Source of the DNA: a bacterium HR10
GTDB lineage: Bacteria > Acidobacteriota > Blastocatellia > HR10
Length of the DNA: 64,000 nucleotides
Direction: 5' to 3'
Assembly: GCA_002923315.1 (NCBI GenBank)
Contig: BEHM01000002.1
Span: 73,838 to 137,837 of the forward strand
The translations under genes were made by a program, and so were the position numbers. The notes below the pieces were generated by a model. That model was given only the letters and a program-made list of their open reading frames with translations. It ran no database searches and was not told where the DNA came from. This document shows positions 28,114-37,204 of this stretch, piece after piece; positions within the stretch are counted from its first letter, which is position 1; every line of letters starts with the position of its first letter.

Positions 28114-29508
28114 TCAGGAATCTGCGCTCGCTCGTTCCAAGGGGATGCCGAAGCGTTCAGCCATGCGGTAGAGCGTGCGCCGATCAATGCCCAGGATCTC
28201 AGCCGCGCGGCTCCGGTTGCCCTTGACGGCCTCGAGGACGTAGAGCAGGTAGCGGCGCTCCAACTCGTCGAGCGAGGGGAGGTCGTGAAAGAGCCGGGCT
28301 TCCAGCGTCATTGAGGTGCGTGCTCGTGTGAGGTGGGGCATAGCGGACCGGACGCGTTCTGGCAAGTCTTCGGGCGTGATCAATCCTCCGCGCGCGTGGA
28401 TGACAGCGTATTCGATGCTGTTCTCCAGCTCGCGGACATTTCCCGGCCAGGAATAGGCCATGAGCATTTCGAGAGCGGCGGGAGAGAAGGCGAGCGTGCG
28501 TTCCGTTCGCTGGAGAGCGCGTCGGAGGAAATAGGCCGCCAGCAGCGGGATATCCTCGCGACGCTCGCGCAAGGGGGGAACGCGCAAGGTCACGACGCTC
28601 AGGCGGTAATAGAGGTCCTCGCGGAAGCGCCCAGCCTGGACCTCCTCCTCCAGATGACGATTCGTCGCGGCGATCACGCGCACGTCCACGCGGCGGGTTC
28701 GCGTCTCGCCGACGCGTTTGATCTCGCCCTCCTGCAAGACGCGGAGCAGCTTCACCTGCAAGGCGGGGGTCGTCTCGCTGATCTCATCCAGGAAGATTGT
28801 CCCTCCGTGGGCTTCCTCAAAGAGCCCCTTCTTATCGGCGACGGCGCCGGTGAAGCTGCCCCGCATGTGGCCGAAGAGTTCCGCTTCGAGCAGCGTCTCT
28901 GTCAGGGCGCCACAATTGACGGCGACGAAGGGGCGCGACGCGCGCGGGCTGTGCTGATGGATGGCGCGAGCGATCAGTTCCTTCCCCGTCCCCGACTCTC
29001 CCACAATCAGCACAGTCGAAGAGGTCGGCGCCACGCGCGCGATCTCTTTGTACAGCTCGATCATCCGTGGGGTGCGGCCGATGAGGCCGGAGGCCTCATA
29101 AGGTTTGAGCGCACTCTCCAGCAGGTCTTCTCCCCGCGCCGGCTCGCGCGGATGGAGGGCGCGGCGCACGGTCGCCCGCACATCCTCGACGGTGAACGGC
29201 TTGGAGATGACATCGAAAGCGCCTTCCCGCAACGCTTCGATGGCGGCTTCCAGCGTCCCGAAGCCGGTGATCAGGATGACTTCCGTGCGAGGCGATCGGT
29301 CTTTGCATGCCTTGAGCACGTCTAGACCCGTTCGCGGTTCGTTCAGATTCAGGTCGACGAGGGCGCAATCGAAAGGTTCGCGGTCCAGAAGGGCCAGCGC
29401 ACCCTCGGCGGATTGGGTCGCCTCCACCGACCAGCCCTCGGTGGAGAGGATTTCGATGAGGAATTCGCAGGTCTCTCGATCATCATCCACGACGAGGATT
29501 CGCTTCAT
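28114..29508 (-). CDS. sigma-54-dependent response regulator (NtrC family)
   Basis: MKRILVVDDD receiver domain; AAA+ region with GESGTGKE, EAELFGHMRGSFTGA (GAFTGA-type loop) and VRVIAATN; C-terminal HTH AAEILGIDRRTLYRM. The ATG overlaps the kinase stop (ATGA). Confidence 0.9.
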   Translation of the reverse strand: MKRILVVDDDRETCEFLIEILSTEGWSVEATQSAEGALALLDREPFDCALVDLNLNEPRTGLDVLKACKDRSPRTEVILITGFGTLEAAIEALREGAFDVISKPFTVEDVRATVRRALHPREPARGEDLLESALKPYEASGLIGRTPRMIELYKEIARVAPTSSTVLIVGESGTGKELIARAIHQHSPRASRPFVAVNCGALTETLLEAELFGHMRGSFTGAVADKKGLFEEAHGGTIFLDEISETTPALQVKLLRVLQEGEIKRVGETRTRRVDVRVIAATNRHLEEEVQAGRFREDLYYRLSVVTLRVPPLRERREDIPLLAAYFLRRALQRTERTLAFSPAALEMLMAYSWPGNVRELENSIEYAVIHARGGLITPEDLPERVRSAMPHLTRARTSMTLEARLFHDLPSLDELERRYLLYVLEAVKGNRSRAAEILGIDRRTLYRMAERFGIPLERASADS

Positions 29509-31091
29509 GTTCCTTCCTCCAAGGCCGAGCATCGCGTCGTCAGGGCGGGGAAGGTAAGGCGCACGCGCGTGCCCCGTCCGGGTTCGCTGTGCACGGTGAT
29601 CTCGCCCTCATGCTCTCGGACGATGTGCCGCACGATGGAGAGGCCGAGTCCACTCCCCATCCCCTCCGGCTTCGTCGTGAAGAAGGGTTCGAAGATGCGG
29701 GGCAGGATGTCGGGGCTTATTCCGATGCCTGTGTCCTCGCATTCGATCGAGACCGTTCCATCCTCTTCAGCGAACGCGCGAAGGATCAAGCGCCCACCCT
29801 CGGGCATCGCATCGAGGCTATTATCAATCAGGTTGATGAGCACCTGCTGCAGGTGTTCGGGCGAGCCGAGGATCTCCGGCAGATCGGGAGTGACCTCTGT
29901 GATCAGCTCGATTCCGCGACTCTCCAAGGTCGGAGCGATAATTTCAGCCACCTGCTGTAGCAGCGGCTCCAACTGAAGGGGCTGGCGCTCCGGTCGCGGT
30001 CTCCGCGTGGAATCGAGCAGGCGGCGCACGATGCGTTCGATGCGCTCGATCTGTCCGAGGATGATGGTGAGCCGACGGATCCCCTCCTCATCGTGCGTGC
30101 GGGCGCGCAGCAGTTGGATATGCCCGGAGATGAGGTTGAGCGGCGTTCCAATCTCGTGGGCGAATTGCGTGGCCAGCTGACCCGCCGCCGCCCATCGCTC
30201 CATCTGCAGGAGCTGGCGTTGGAGCGCGAAGAGCTGACGATTCGCCTCCTGGAGCTGCCGATTCCGCTCGCTCAGCTCCGCCGTCGCCTCGCGCACGAGC
30301 GCTTGCAACCGATCTTGCTCCGCCTCCAGGGCTTCTGTCATCTGTTGAACGCGAGCGAGCAGGGCATTCAGCCCCAGGCTCACCGCACCCATCTCATCCG
30401 GAGAGCGCACGGGGACACGCGCCTGAAGATCCCCCGCCTCCGCTCGATGCATGGTGTGGAGGATCGCGCGGATCGGTCGGTAGATCAATCGGCGGAAGAG
30501 CAAATGCAGGGACAGGGTGATTCCCCCGACGGCCATCAGGAGAGCGAGCCAGGTGAGACGGTGCACGCGCTTGAGCAAGGCCTTATAGTCCGACAGCTCT
30601 GCGCGCACCAAGACGAACCCGATGAGCTTGCCGTCGCTCTCGATAGGCGCTCCGGCAGCGACCCGATAGCTTCCCTTGTTCTCCCGCTCGAGGCGAGAGC
30701 GAACTCTTCCTCCCTGGACCTCACCCAGCAGATCGAGGGGGACGGCGCTCTCGGCCGTCCCCACCGGGAAGGTGACGATCTCCCGCACCCCCGAGCGCGT
30801 CAGACCGTAGATATGGATCTCTGTGATCTCGCCATGCGCCCGCTGGTAGTAGAGGGCATCATTGCGCAGCGCGGCCAGATCCATCGCTTGTTCTGAAGAG
30901 AGATGCTGCGCCAGTTGCGCGGCCAAGAGCTCCGCGCGCCGCCGGTTCTCCTCAGCGATCAGCGTCCGGGTCGTCGAGAGATAGATCGAGAGGAGGGCGC
31001 CGAAGATCACCAGGACCAGGGCGACGATCGAGAGGGCGACCTTTGTGTGGAGGCTGAGCGGACGGAGGCGTTCTCGGAACGGCTCGCTCAT
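29505..31091 (-). CDS. sensor histidine kinase (TM-sensor-HAMP-coiled coil-HisKA-HATPase)
   Basis: H-box FAHEIGTPLN; N/G boxes LINLIDNSLDAM, DTGIGISPD, GSGLGLSIV. The start is either ATG 31091 (MSEPFRERL...) or the track start at 31154. Confidence 0.85.
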   Translation of the reverse strand: MSEPFRERLRPLSLHTKVALSIVALVLVIFGALLSIYLSTTRTLIAEENRRRAELLAAQLAQHLSSEQAMDLAALRNDALYYQRAHGEITEIHIYGLTRSGVREIVTFPVGTAESAVPLDLLGEVQGGRVRSRLERENKGSYRVAAGAPIESDGKLIGFVLVRAELSDYKALLKRVHRLTWLALLMAVGGITLSLHLLFRRLIYRPIRAILHTMHRAEAGDLQARVPVRSPDEMGAVSLGLNALLARVQQMTEALEAEQDRLQALVREATAELSERNRQLQEANRQLFALQRQLLQMERWAAAGQLATQFAHEIGTPLNLISGHIQLLRARTHDEEGIRRLTIILGQIERIERIVRRLLDSTRRPRPERQPLQLEPLLQQVAEIIAPTLESRGIELITEVTPDLPEILGSPEHLQQVLINLIDNSLDAMPEGGRLILRAFAEEDGTVSIECEDTGIGISPDILPRIFEPFFTTKPEGMGSGLGLSIVRHIVREHEGEITVHSEPGRGTRVRLTFPALTTRCSALEEGT

Positions 31092-31104
31092 ACGGCTCTC
31101 AATT

Positions 31105-31133
31105 TTAGCAAAAGCGCGCCGATCGTGTATAAT
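31105..31133 (+). promoter_or_regulatory. candidate sigma-70-type promoter of rtcB
   Basis: TTAGCA (31105-31110), 17 nt, TATAAT (31128-31133). It lies 32 nt upstream of ATG 31166, which is preceded by AAGGGGGG. Confidence 0.4.
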
Positions 31134-31165
31134 TGTGTCTTCAGCAGGAGACAAGGGGGGTCACC

Positions 31166-32608
31166 ATGTCGAAAGATTGGCGTCGGATTCTCGTGAAACT
31201 CGATGAGTATCGGTACATGATCCCGCGCACGTATAAGCCGGGCATGCAGACGGATGTGATTATCTACGTGGATGATCAGTTGCTGGAGACCGTGACGCGG
31301 GACCTCTCGCTGGAGCAGGCAGCGAACCTGGCGTTTCTGCCCGGCATCGTGGGGCGTCCGATCGTCATGCCGGATGTGCATCAGGGCTATGGATTCCCCA
31401 TCGGGGGCGTGGCCGCGACGGATGCGGAGGAAGGCGTCGTCTCGCCGGCCGGCATTGGCTTTGACATCAACTGCGGCGTGCGCCTGCTCCGCTCGGAGTT
31501 GACCGTCGAGGAGGTTCGCCCGAAGTTGGAGCGCATCGTGGAGGACCTCTTCCACGCGGTGCCCGCGGGGACGGGGCGTGAGGGGCAGATCAGCGTGAAT
31601 CGCGCGGAGATGGACAACGTATTGCGCCTGGGGGCGCAATGGGCCGTCGAGCATGGCTATGGGCGGGAGGAAGACCTCGATCATATCGAGTCGCGCGGAT
31701 GCATCCCCGGGGCGAACCCGAAGGCCGTGAGCGAACATGCCCGTCAGCGCGGGGCCGATCAGTTGGGCACGCTCGGATCGGGCAATCACTTCCTGGAGAT
31801 TCAGTACGTCGAGGAGGTCTTCGATCGCGCGGCCGCGCACGCCTTCGGGCTGCATCCGGGGCAGGTCACCGTGCTCATTCACACGGGATCGCGCGGCTTC
31901 GGCCATCAGGTCTGCACCGATTATCTGAAGGTCCTGCGTTCGGCCATGCAGAAGTACGACATTCACCTCCCCGATAAGGAGATGGCGGCCACCTACATCC
32001 GGTCCCCGGAAGGGCAGGACTACCTGGGGGCGATGAATGCGGCAGCCAATTTCGCCTTCGCGAATCGGCAGATGATCACCCATTGGGTACGGGAGGTGTT
32101 CCGAAAGCACTTCGGCGCTGGAGGGGACCTTCAGATCGTCTACGACGTCGCGCACAATATCGCTAAGTTCGAGACGCACACGATCGAAGGGAAACCGCGG
32201 CGCGTTCTGGTGCATCGCAAGGGGGCGACACGCGCGCTGCCGGCCGGGCATCCCGAACTGCACGAGCTGTATCGCCCGATCGGGCAGCCAGTGATCATCC
32301 CCGGCGATATGGGGCGCGCATCGTATGTGCTCATCGGGACGGCAGCTGAGGAGACCTTCGCCTCCAGCTGTCACGGCGCCGGACGCGTCATGTCGCGCAC
32401 GGCGGCTAAGAAGGGACGCGACATCAATCAGGTGCGGAAGCAACTGGCCGAGCGCGGCGTCCTCGTCAAAGCGGCCAGCAAAGACGGCGTGCTCGAAGAG
32501 ATCCCCGAAGCCTATAAGGACGTGAACGACGTCGCGCGTGTCGTCGAAGCGGCAGGGATCGCTCGGCGCGTCGCTCGGTTGCGCCCGATCGGCGTCGTGA
32601 AGGGATGA
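31166..32608 (+). CDS. rtcB: RNA-splicing ligase RtcB
   Basis: PDVHQGYGFPIGGV, GFDINCGVR, GSGNHFLE, HTGSRGFGHQV, SCHGAGR: the canonical RtcB metal/GTP-binding motifs. Start taken at MSKDWRRILVKLDEY. Confidence 0.92.
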   Translation: MSKDWRRILVKLDEYRYMIPRTYKPGMQTDVIIYVDDQLLETVTRDLSLEQAANLAFLPGIVGRPIVMPDVHQGYGFPIGGVAATDAEEGVVSPAGIGFDINCGVRLLRSELTVEEVRPKLERIVEDLFHAVPAGTGREGQISVNRAEMDNVLRLGAQWAVEHGYGREEDLDHIESRGCIPGANPKAVSEHARQRGADQLGTLGSGNHFLEIQYVEEVFDRAAAHAFGLHPGQVTVLIHTGSRGFGHQVCTDYLKVLRSAMQKYDIHLPDKEMAATYIRSPEGQDYLGAMNAAANFAFANRQMITHWVREVFRKHFGAGGDLQIVYDVAHNIAKFETHTIEGKPRRVLVHRKGATRALPAGHPELHELYRPIGQPVIIPGDMGRASYVLIGTAAEETFASSCHGAGRVMSRTAAKKGRDINQVRKQLAERGVLVKAASKDGVLEEIPEAYKDVNDVARVVEAAGIARRVARLRPIGVVKG

Positions 32609-32689
32609 ACGGCTGGTGAGCCGCTCTACCGTGGAAGGCGATCACGGCAAGGCGAGGTCGGAACGGGACTCTCGGAGGCAGGAACTACG

Positions 32690-33226
32690 ATGCTCAGAGT
32701 CGGAGACCCAGCTCCCGACGTGGAGTTGGCCAGTGCAGATGAGCAACGCGTGCGCCTCTCTTCGTTCTGGGCCCGTGGGCTGGTTGTTCTCGTCTTCGCG
32801 CGCCACTTCGGCTGACCGTTCTGCCGGGAACACGTCGCCGGGTTGCGACGCGATTACGAACGGTTCAAGGCGCACGGAGCGGAGATCGTGCTCATCGGCC
32901 AGGGCGATCCCGAACAGACACAGGCTTTTTGTCGGGAGCAGGATGTGCCCTTCCCCTGTCTGGCCGATCCGGAGCGAAAGGCGTATGCCGCCTATGGGCT
33001 GAGCGCGGGGACGCTCATGCAAGTCCTCGGGCCTCGGGTCTGGTGGCGGGGATTTCGCACGTGGCGAAGCGGGTATTCAGCGGGGAAGCCAATCGGAGAC
33101 GTGCGACAAATGCCCGGCGTCTTCATCATCAATCGCGCCGGGATCATTCGCTTCATTTATCGGTACCGCGATATCGCAGATAATCCTTCGAGCGAACTGT
33201 TGCTCGAGCAGCTCACGGCGATATGA
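32690..33226 (+). CDS. peroxiredoxin-like (AhpC/TSA, Prx-like2/SelU-type) thiol oxidoreductase with in-frame UGA (probable selenocysteine, U-x-x-C)
   Basis: GGAGG at 32674-32678, ATG at 32690. Translation: MLRVGDPAPDVELASADEQRVRLSSFWARGLVVLVFARHFG-TGA(32813-32815)-PFCREHVAGLRRDYERFKAHGAEIVLIGQG...PGVFIINRAGIIRF. The TGA sits where this family carries the first Cys of GCPFC. The ORF track reports only the part from TTG 32843. Confidence 0.65.
32833..32850 (+). promoter_or_regulatory. SECIS-like recoding hairpin
   Basis: CGUCGC-CGGGUU-GCGACG (6-bp stem, 6-nt loop containing GGU) begins 17 nt after the UGA. A possible lower helix is CCGUUC (32816-32821) / GAACGG (32858-32863). Confidence 0.5.
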
Positions 33227-33227
33227 A

Positions 33228-33257
33228 GGGCCGGGGCTGAGGGAAAAGCCCCGGCCC
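33228..33257. terminator. convergent-gene hairpin (bidirectional terminator candidate)
   Basis: GGGCCGGGGCT-gagggaaa-AGCCCCGGCCC (11-bp perfect stem), placed exactly between stop 33224-33226 (+) and stop 33264-33266 (-). No clear U tract. Confidence 0.55.
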
Positions 33258-33263
33258 GAAGGC

Positions 33264-35654
33264 TCATCGCTTCAGAACAAACGTCCCGTCGTCTCGGCCC
33301 AGAAGCGCGACCAGGTTTCCGACAGGGAGACCAGCGACGGCGATGTCCAGCAATCCATCGTCATTGAAGTCGCCGAGCCCCAGTGAGACCGGCTCCGCGA
33401 TTGCCCGAAGCCGCCGAACCACACGTGGTCGTCCATCCTGGAAGCCGATGAACGTGACCGAGTTGCCCGTGAAGTTGGGAACGGCCACGCCGATCACCCC
33501 GTTGAAGAAGTCACCGCTGATGATGAACGTCGGACTCTCGATCGAGGGTACGTCCACGCGCGTGAAGCCGAGACTGCGGCTCTTGCCCTGGGAAAGGAGG
33601 AAGGTGATCGAATTCGAGAGGAAATTTGCGACGGCGACGTCCATCTGGCCATCCCGGTCGAAATCGCCCGTTGCGCTGGCCATCGGATACTCGCCGACGT
33701 CTCTCCGCCCGGCTTCGCTGAAGCGACCCCGGCCGTCTCCCTTGAAGAAGACGACCTCATTGGAGCCAATCGCCGTCACGATCAAATCCGGGACTCCGTC
33801 TTCATCCCAGTCCGCGACGACAACCGAGCTGGGCCTCCCATCAAACAGTGGAATGGTCGCCAGCGGGCGGAACGTCCCGTCGCCTCGGCCAAGCAGGATG
33901 GCGATGTCCGCCGATCCATTCTGCGCGACGGCCAGATCGAGCACCCCATCCTGATCGAAGTCGGCCAGAGCGACGGCGACAGGCTTTGTGCCGAAGAGTT
34001 GCAGCTGGCGCCCTTTCTGGAACGTCCCATCCCCATTGCCGAGGAAGATGGAGAGGCTGTCCGAGAGCGAGTTCACGACGACAGCATCGGTCTTGCCATC
34101 GTGATTGAAATCGCCCGCTTTCACGTCCACAGGACTCTGACCCGTACCGTAGGTCTTGAACCGTCGGAAGGTGCCATCGCCTTTGGAGAGGTAGACGCGC
34201 AATTGGTTCGACTCGGAGTCCACGAGCAACACGCCTTTGGGGACCGGCGCTGAGGCTGTCGTCTCACTGGCCGTCCGAATCGCACTGGCAGCGATGAACG
34301 CCGTTCCCACCGTGCTCGGCCGTCCGCGACTCGAAATCGAAGCGCTCGCTTGCTGAACGAAGGTGGGGGGACAACCGGGACGATCTCTGCCACCGCAGGG
34401 GTCGGGAGACCCCCAGGTTAATTCAACGGAGTTCATGAGCGGACCATGTCCGGTCGCGACGGCCGTGATGGTGATGGTGACGCTGGAGTGAGGCCCAACG
34501 CTTCCGCGGATGATGAGCTGGCCGTTTTGCACGCTCACCCATTGGGGCGGCGAAGCGGAGATCAGCTCCATGCCTGAGGGCATCTGCTCGACGAGGCTGA
34601 ACAACTGCGCCGTCGCACCGCTGTTGGCCACGGTGATCGTGCACGTGACCGGGAAGCCGGCAGCTACCGTCTTCGGCTCGCATCTCTTGGTCACCGAGAG
34701 ATTGGGTTTGCCCCCTCCGCCACTTCCACCGCCACCCTTGCACTCGTTCTCGTACGCGCATCGGAAGCCTTGGAAGACGCATCCTTTACCCGGCGGTTCG
34801 ACTATTTCCGGGTCCAAAAGCCATACGGGCTCATCAACAATGCCTCCAGAGGGGCACCGATCGGTACGGGTCAACGGCACATCTTCTGCTGCGCCGTCAC
34901 ATTCCCAGCGTGCCCAACACTGGCTCCTGAGGAAGGCACATTGGGGGGGGGTAGGAGGGACAAGAAAGTCCCTGTACGAAAGACAAATAGGCTCAGGAAG
35001 GATCCCCCCGATCGCCCCTGTACCCCCAAGAGTTGAGACATTGAACCGGCTTAGCGCACAAATGTTCCTCCCGGGATCGGGGCGGGCACAAGAGTAGGGA
35101 ATCATGAACGTCCCGTCGCCTCCATATACCCTTTTCTGGATCTCGATGGGAATCCCACCAGGAGCTTGATCGCGTGCCGGAGCATTCGTGAACGTGCACC
35201 AGACGGTTTGTCCCGGGTCAAGACGTGGGCCGCACATTTCAGGATCACCCAGCCTTCTGCCAGTTCTACAGAAGACATTCACCGTGCATTCAGGGCCGCT
35301 CAGCAGTTGCCATCCTGATGGGGGAGTCTCCACGATGTAGTACTGGCCGGGGATGAGGGGGACGGACTTGAAGGCGACCAAGGGGCATCCCCCTTTTGGC
35401 GTGAAGAAATCGTTGGGTTCAAGACCAACAACTGCTATCCACTGCCCGTTCTCGTCATAGATGTCGAAGCGAAAGCTGTCAGGGCTGCCACCTTGAATAC
35501 ATTTCTGCACGTACAAGGTCGCTGGCTCTTGGGCTGAGGCCATGAGCGAGTCACTCGGTCGCGAAGACCCCCAGATGAGGAATCCAAGGACGGCCACGGT
35601 GAGAAAAAGCCGCTGCCTGTGGCGTCGGCTTCTGGCACTCCTCAGTTGGTCCAT
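33264..35654 (-). CDS. secreted surface protein: prealbumin-fold module, Cys-rich region, Gly linker, DUF11-like module, C-terminal FG-GAP/VCBS propeller
   Basis: AAGGAGGAGG lies before the ATG. Signal-like LFLTVAVLGFLIWG. YYIVETPPSGWQ...TVWCTFTN is the same module type as in the giant protein. GGGGSGGGGK linker. LSVTKRCEPKTVAAGFPVTCTITVANSG is DUF11-like. Repeated GDFNHDGKTDAVVVN, ADFDQDGVLDLAVAQ, ADWDEDGVPDLIVTA, GDFDRDGQMDVAVAN, GDFNDDGLLDIAVAG motifs. Confidence 0.85.
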   Translation of the reverse strand: MDQLRSARSRRHRQRLFLTVAVLGFLIWGSSRPSDSLMASAQEPATLYVQKCIQGGSPDSFRFDIYDENGQWIAVVGLEPNDFFTPKGGCPLVAFKSVPLIPGQYYIVETPPSGWQLLSGPECTVNVFCRTGRRLGDPEMCGPRLDPGQTVWCTFTNAPARDQAPGGIPIEIQKRVYGGDGTFMIPYSCARPDPGRNICALSRFNVSTLGGTGAIGGILPEPICLSYRDFLVPPTPPQCAFLRSQCWARWECDGAAEDVPLTRTDRCPSGGIVDEPVWLLDPEIVEPPGKGCVFQGFRCAYENECKGGGGSGGGGKPNLSVTKRCEPKTVAAGFPVTCTITVANSGATAQLFSLVEQMPSGMELISASPPQWVSVQNGQLIIRGSVGPHSSVTITITAVATGHGPLMNSVELTWGSPDPCGGRDRPGCPPTFVQQASASISSRGRPSTVGTAFIAASAIRTASETTASAPVPKGVLLVDSESNQLRVYLSKGDGTFRRFKTYGTGQSPVDVKAGDFNHDGKTDAVVVNSLSDSLSIFLGNGDGTFQKGRQLQLFGTKPVAVALADFDQDGVLDLAVAQNGSADIAILLGRGDGTFRPLATIPLFDGRPSSVVVADWDEDGVPDLIVTAIGSNEVVFFKGDGRGRFSEAGRRDVGEYPMASATGDFDRDGQMDVAVANFLSNSITFLLSQGKSRSLGFTRVDVPSIESPTFIISGDFFNGVIGVAVPNFTGNSVTFIGFQDGRPRVVRRLRAIAEPVSLGLGDFNDDGLLDIAVAGLPVGNLVALLGRDDGTFVLKR

Positions 35655-35887
35655 ATCCCCTCCTCCTTGCTGGTTTGGCTCAGAGTGTACGCGCGTTCAA
35701 AGGAGAGTCAATCGGCCAAAGGGAGTATTTTGAGCTCCGGCGAAAGGAGTAGAGAGCGACTCCATATACGGTTCACCGGTCGCGTTTGAGAAGCAACCCG
35801 GGCGATGCCGGTCGTGGCGGGGAGACCTGATATAATTGAGCCTCTCCTGTCTGGAGCTATCACGTGGCGGGGGCGGGGAGAGTGCAT

Positions 35888-37204
35888 ATGCCGGCAGAAG
35901 GACACAAGGTGCTGGAGGCGCGAATCCTCGAGCGGAAGGCGCAGGTGGTCGTCATGGGGTTGGGGCATGTGGGATTGCCGCTCTCGGTGGAGTTCGCGCG
36001 AGCGGGGTTTCCGGTCACGGGGCTGGAGGCGGATCCGCACCGCGTCGCCTGCCTTCAGCGTGGGGAGAGCTATGTGACGGATGTCGCCTCCTCGGAGGTC
36101 GCTGCTCTTGTTCGAAGCGAGGCTTTGCGCGTGACCGGGGACGTGGGGGTACTGGCCGAAGCGGAGCTGGTCTTCATCTGCGTGCCCACGCCGATGAGCA
36201 AGACGCGGGAGCCGGATTTGTCCTACATCTGGCAGGCGACTGAAACCGTAGCGCGCCATCTCCATGAGGGGATGCTCATCGTCCTGGAGAGCACGACCTA
36301 TCCGGGGACGACGGAGGAGGTCCTCTTGCCGCGCTTGCGCGCGCGGGGCTTGGAGGTGGATCGGGATTTTTACCTGGCCTATTCCCCGGAGCGGATTGAT
36401 CCGGGCAATCGGCGCTATCGGCTTCGAGACATCCCCAAACTCGTGGGGGGCGTGAGCCCACGGAGCGGGGACTTGGCGGCACTGGCCTATCGGCAAATCA
36501 TCCCGACGGTGCACGTCGTCTCTTCGGCGCGGGTGGCCGAGATGGCGAAGCTTTTGGAGAACACGTTTCGAGCCGTCAACATCGCCCTGGCCAATGAATT
36601 CGCCCTCATCTGTCGAGCGCTTGATGTGGACGTGTGGGAAGTCATCGAGGCGGCGGCGACCAAGCCCTTCGGCTTCATGTCCTTCATGCCGGGACCGGGG
36701 ATCGGAGGCGTGTGCCTTCCGGCGAATTCCGGGTATTTGGTGTGGAAGGCGCGACGTCATGGCGTTGAGCCTCGGCTCATTGGGGTGGCGGAGGAGATCA
36801 ATCGGCGCATGCCGCATGTGGCCGTGGAGGTGATCACGGAGGCGCTCAACGCGCGAGGGAAGCCGGTGAAGGGGACGCGGCTTCTGATCCTCGGCGTCGC
36901 GTATAAACGCGATGTCGGGGATGTGCGGGAATCTCCGGCGCTCGTGATCATCGAGGAGTTGTGGCGGCGCGGCGCGCAGGTGGTCTATTCGGACCCCTAT
37001 GTCGAGCGCTTGGAGATCGGGGGACAGGAGGTGGAGCGCGTGTCTGTGAGCGCGGGGACGCTCGCGGCATGCGAGGCAGCGGTGATCGTGACCGATCACA
37101 GGGCCTTCGACTATCGGCTCATCGTCGAGCACGCGCCGCTGGTCGTGGACCTTCGGAATGCCACGCGAGCTTTCGGCGCTCGGGCCAATGTGGTGCGGTT
37201 ATGA
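35888..37204 (+). CDS. nucleotide-sugar dehydrogenase (UDP-glucose/GDP-mannose dehydrogenase family, TviB/WbpO/WecC-like)
   Basis: VVVMGLGHVGLPLSVEFA Rossmann motif; PGPGIGGVCLP catalytic-Cys region; VAYKRDVGDVRESPA. The start is ATG 35888 or the track start at 35864. Confidence 0.85.
   Translation: MPAEGHKVLEARILERKAQVVVMGLGHVGLPLSVEFARAGFPVTGLEADPHRVACLQRGESYVTDVASSEVAALVRSEALRVTGDVGVLAEAELVFICVPTPMSKTREPDLSYIWQATETVARHLHEGMLIVLESTTYPGTTEEVLLPRLRARGLEVDRDFYLAYSPERIDPGNRRYRLRDIPKLVGGVSPRSGDLAALAYRQIIPTVHVVSSARVAEMAKLLENTFRAVNIALANEFALICRALDVDVWEVIEAAATKPFGFMSFMPGPGIGGVCLPANSGYLVWKARRHGVEPRLIGVAEEINRRMPHVAVEVITEALNARGKPVKGTRLLILGVAYKRDVGDVRESPALVIIEELWRRGAQVVYSDPYVERLEIGGQEVERVSVSAGTLAACEAAVIVTDHRAFDYRLIVEHAPLVVDLRNATRAFGARANVVRL

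Noticed and set aside
31092-31165. A sigma-54 (-24/-12) promoter for rtcB, expected from the neighbouring sigma-54 activator.
   Set aside because: The only GG...GC candidate (GG 31094-95, GC 31108-09) has the wrong spacing, about 2 nt too long. TGGCAC and TTGC are not present.
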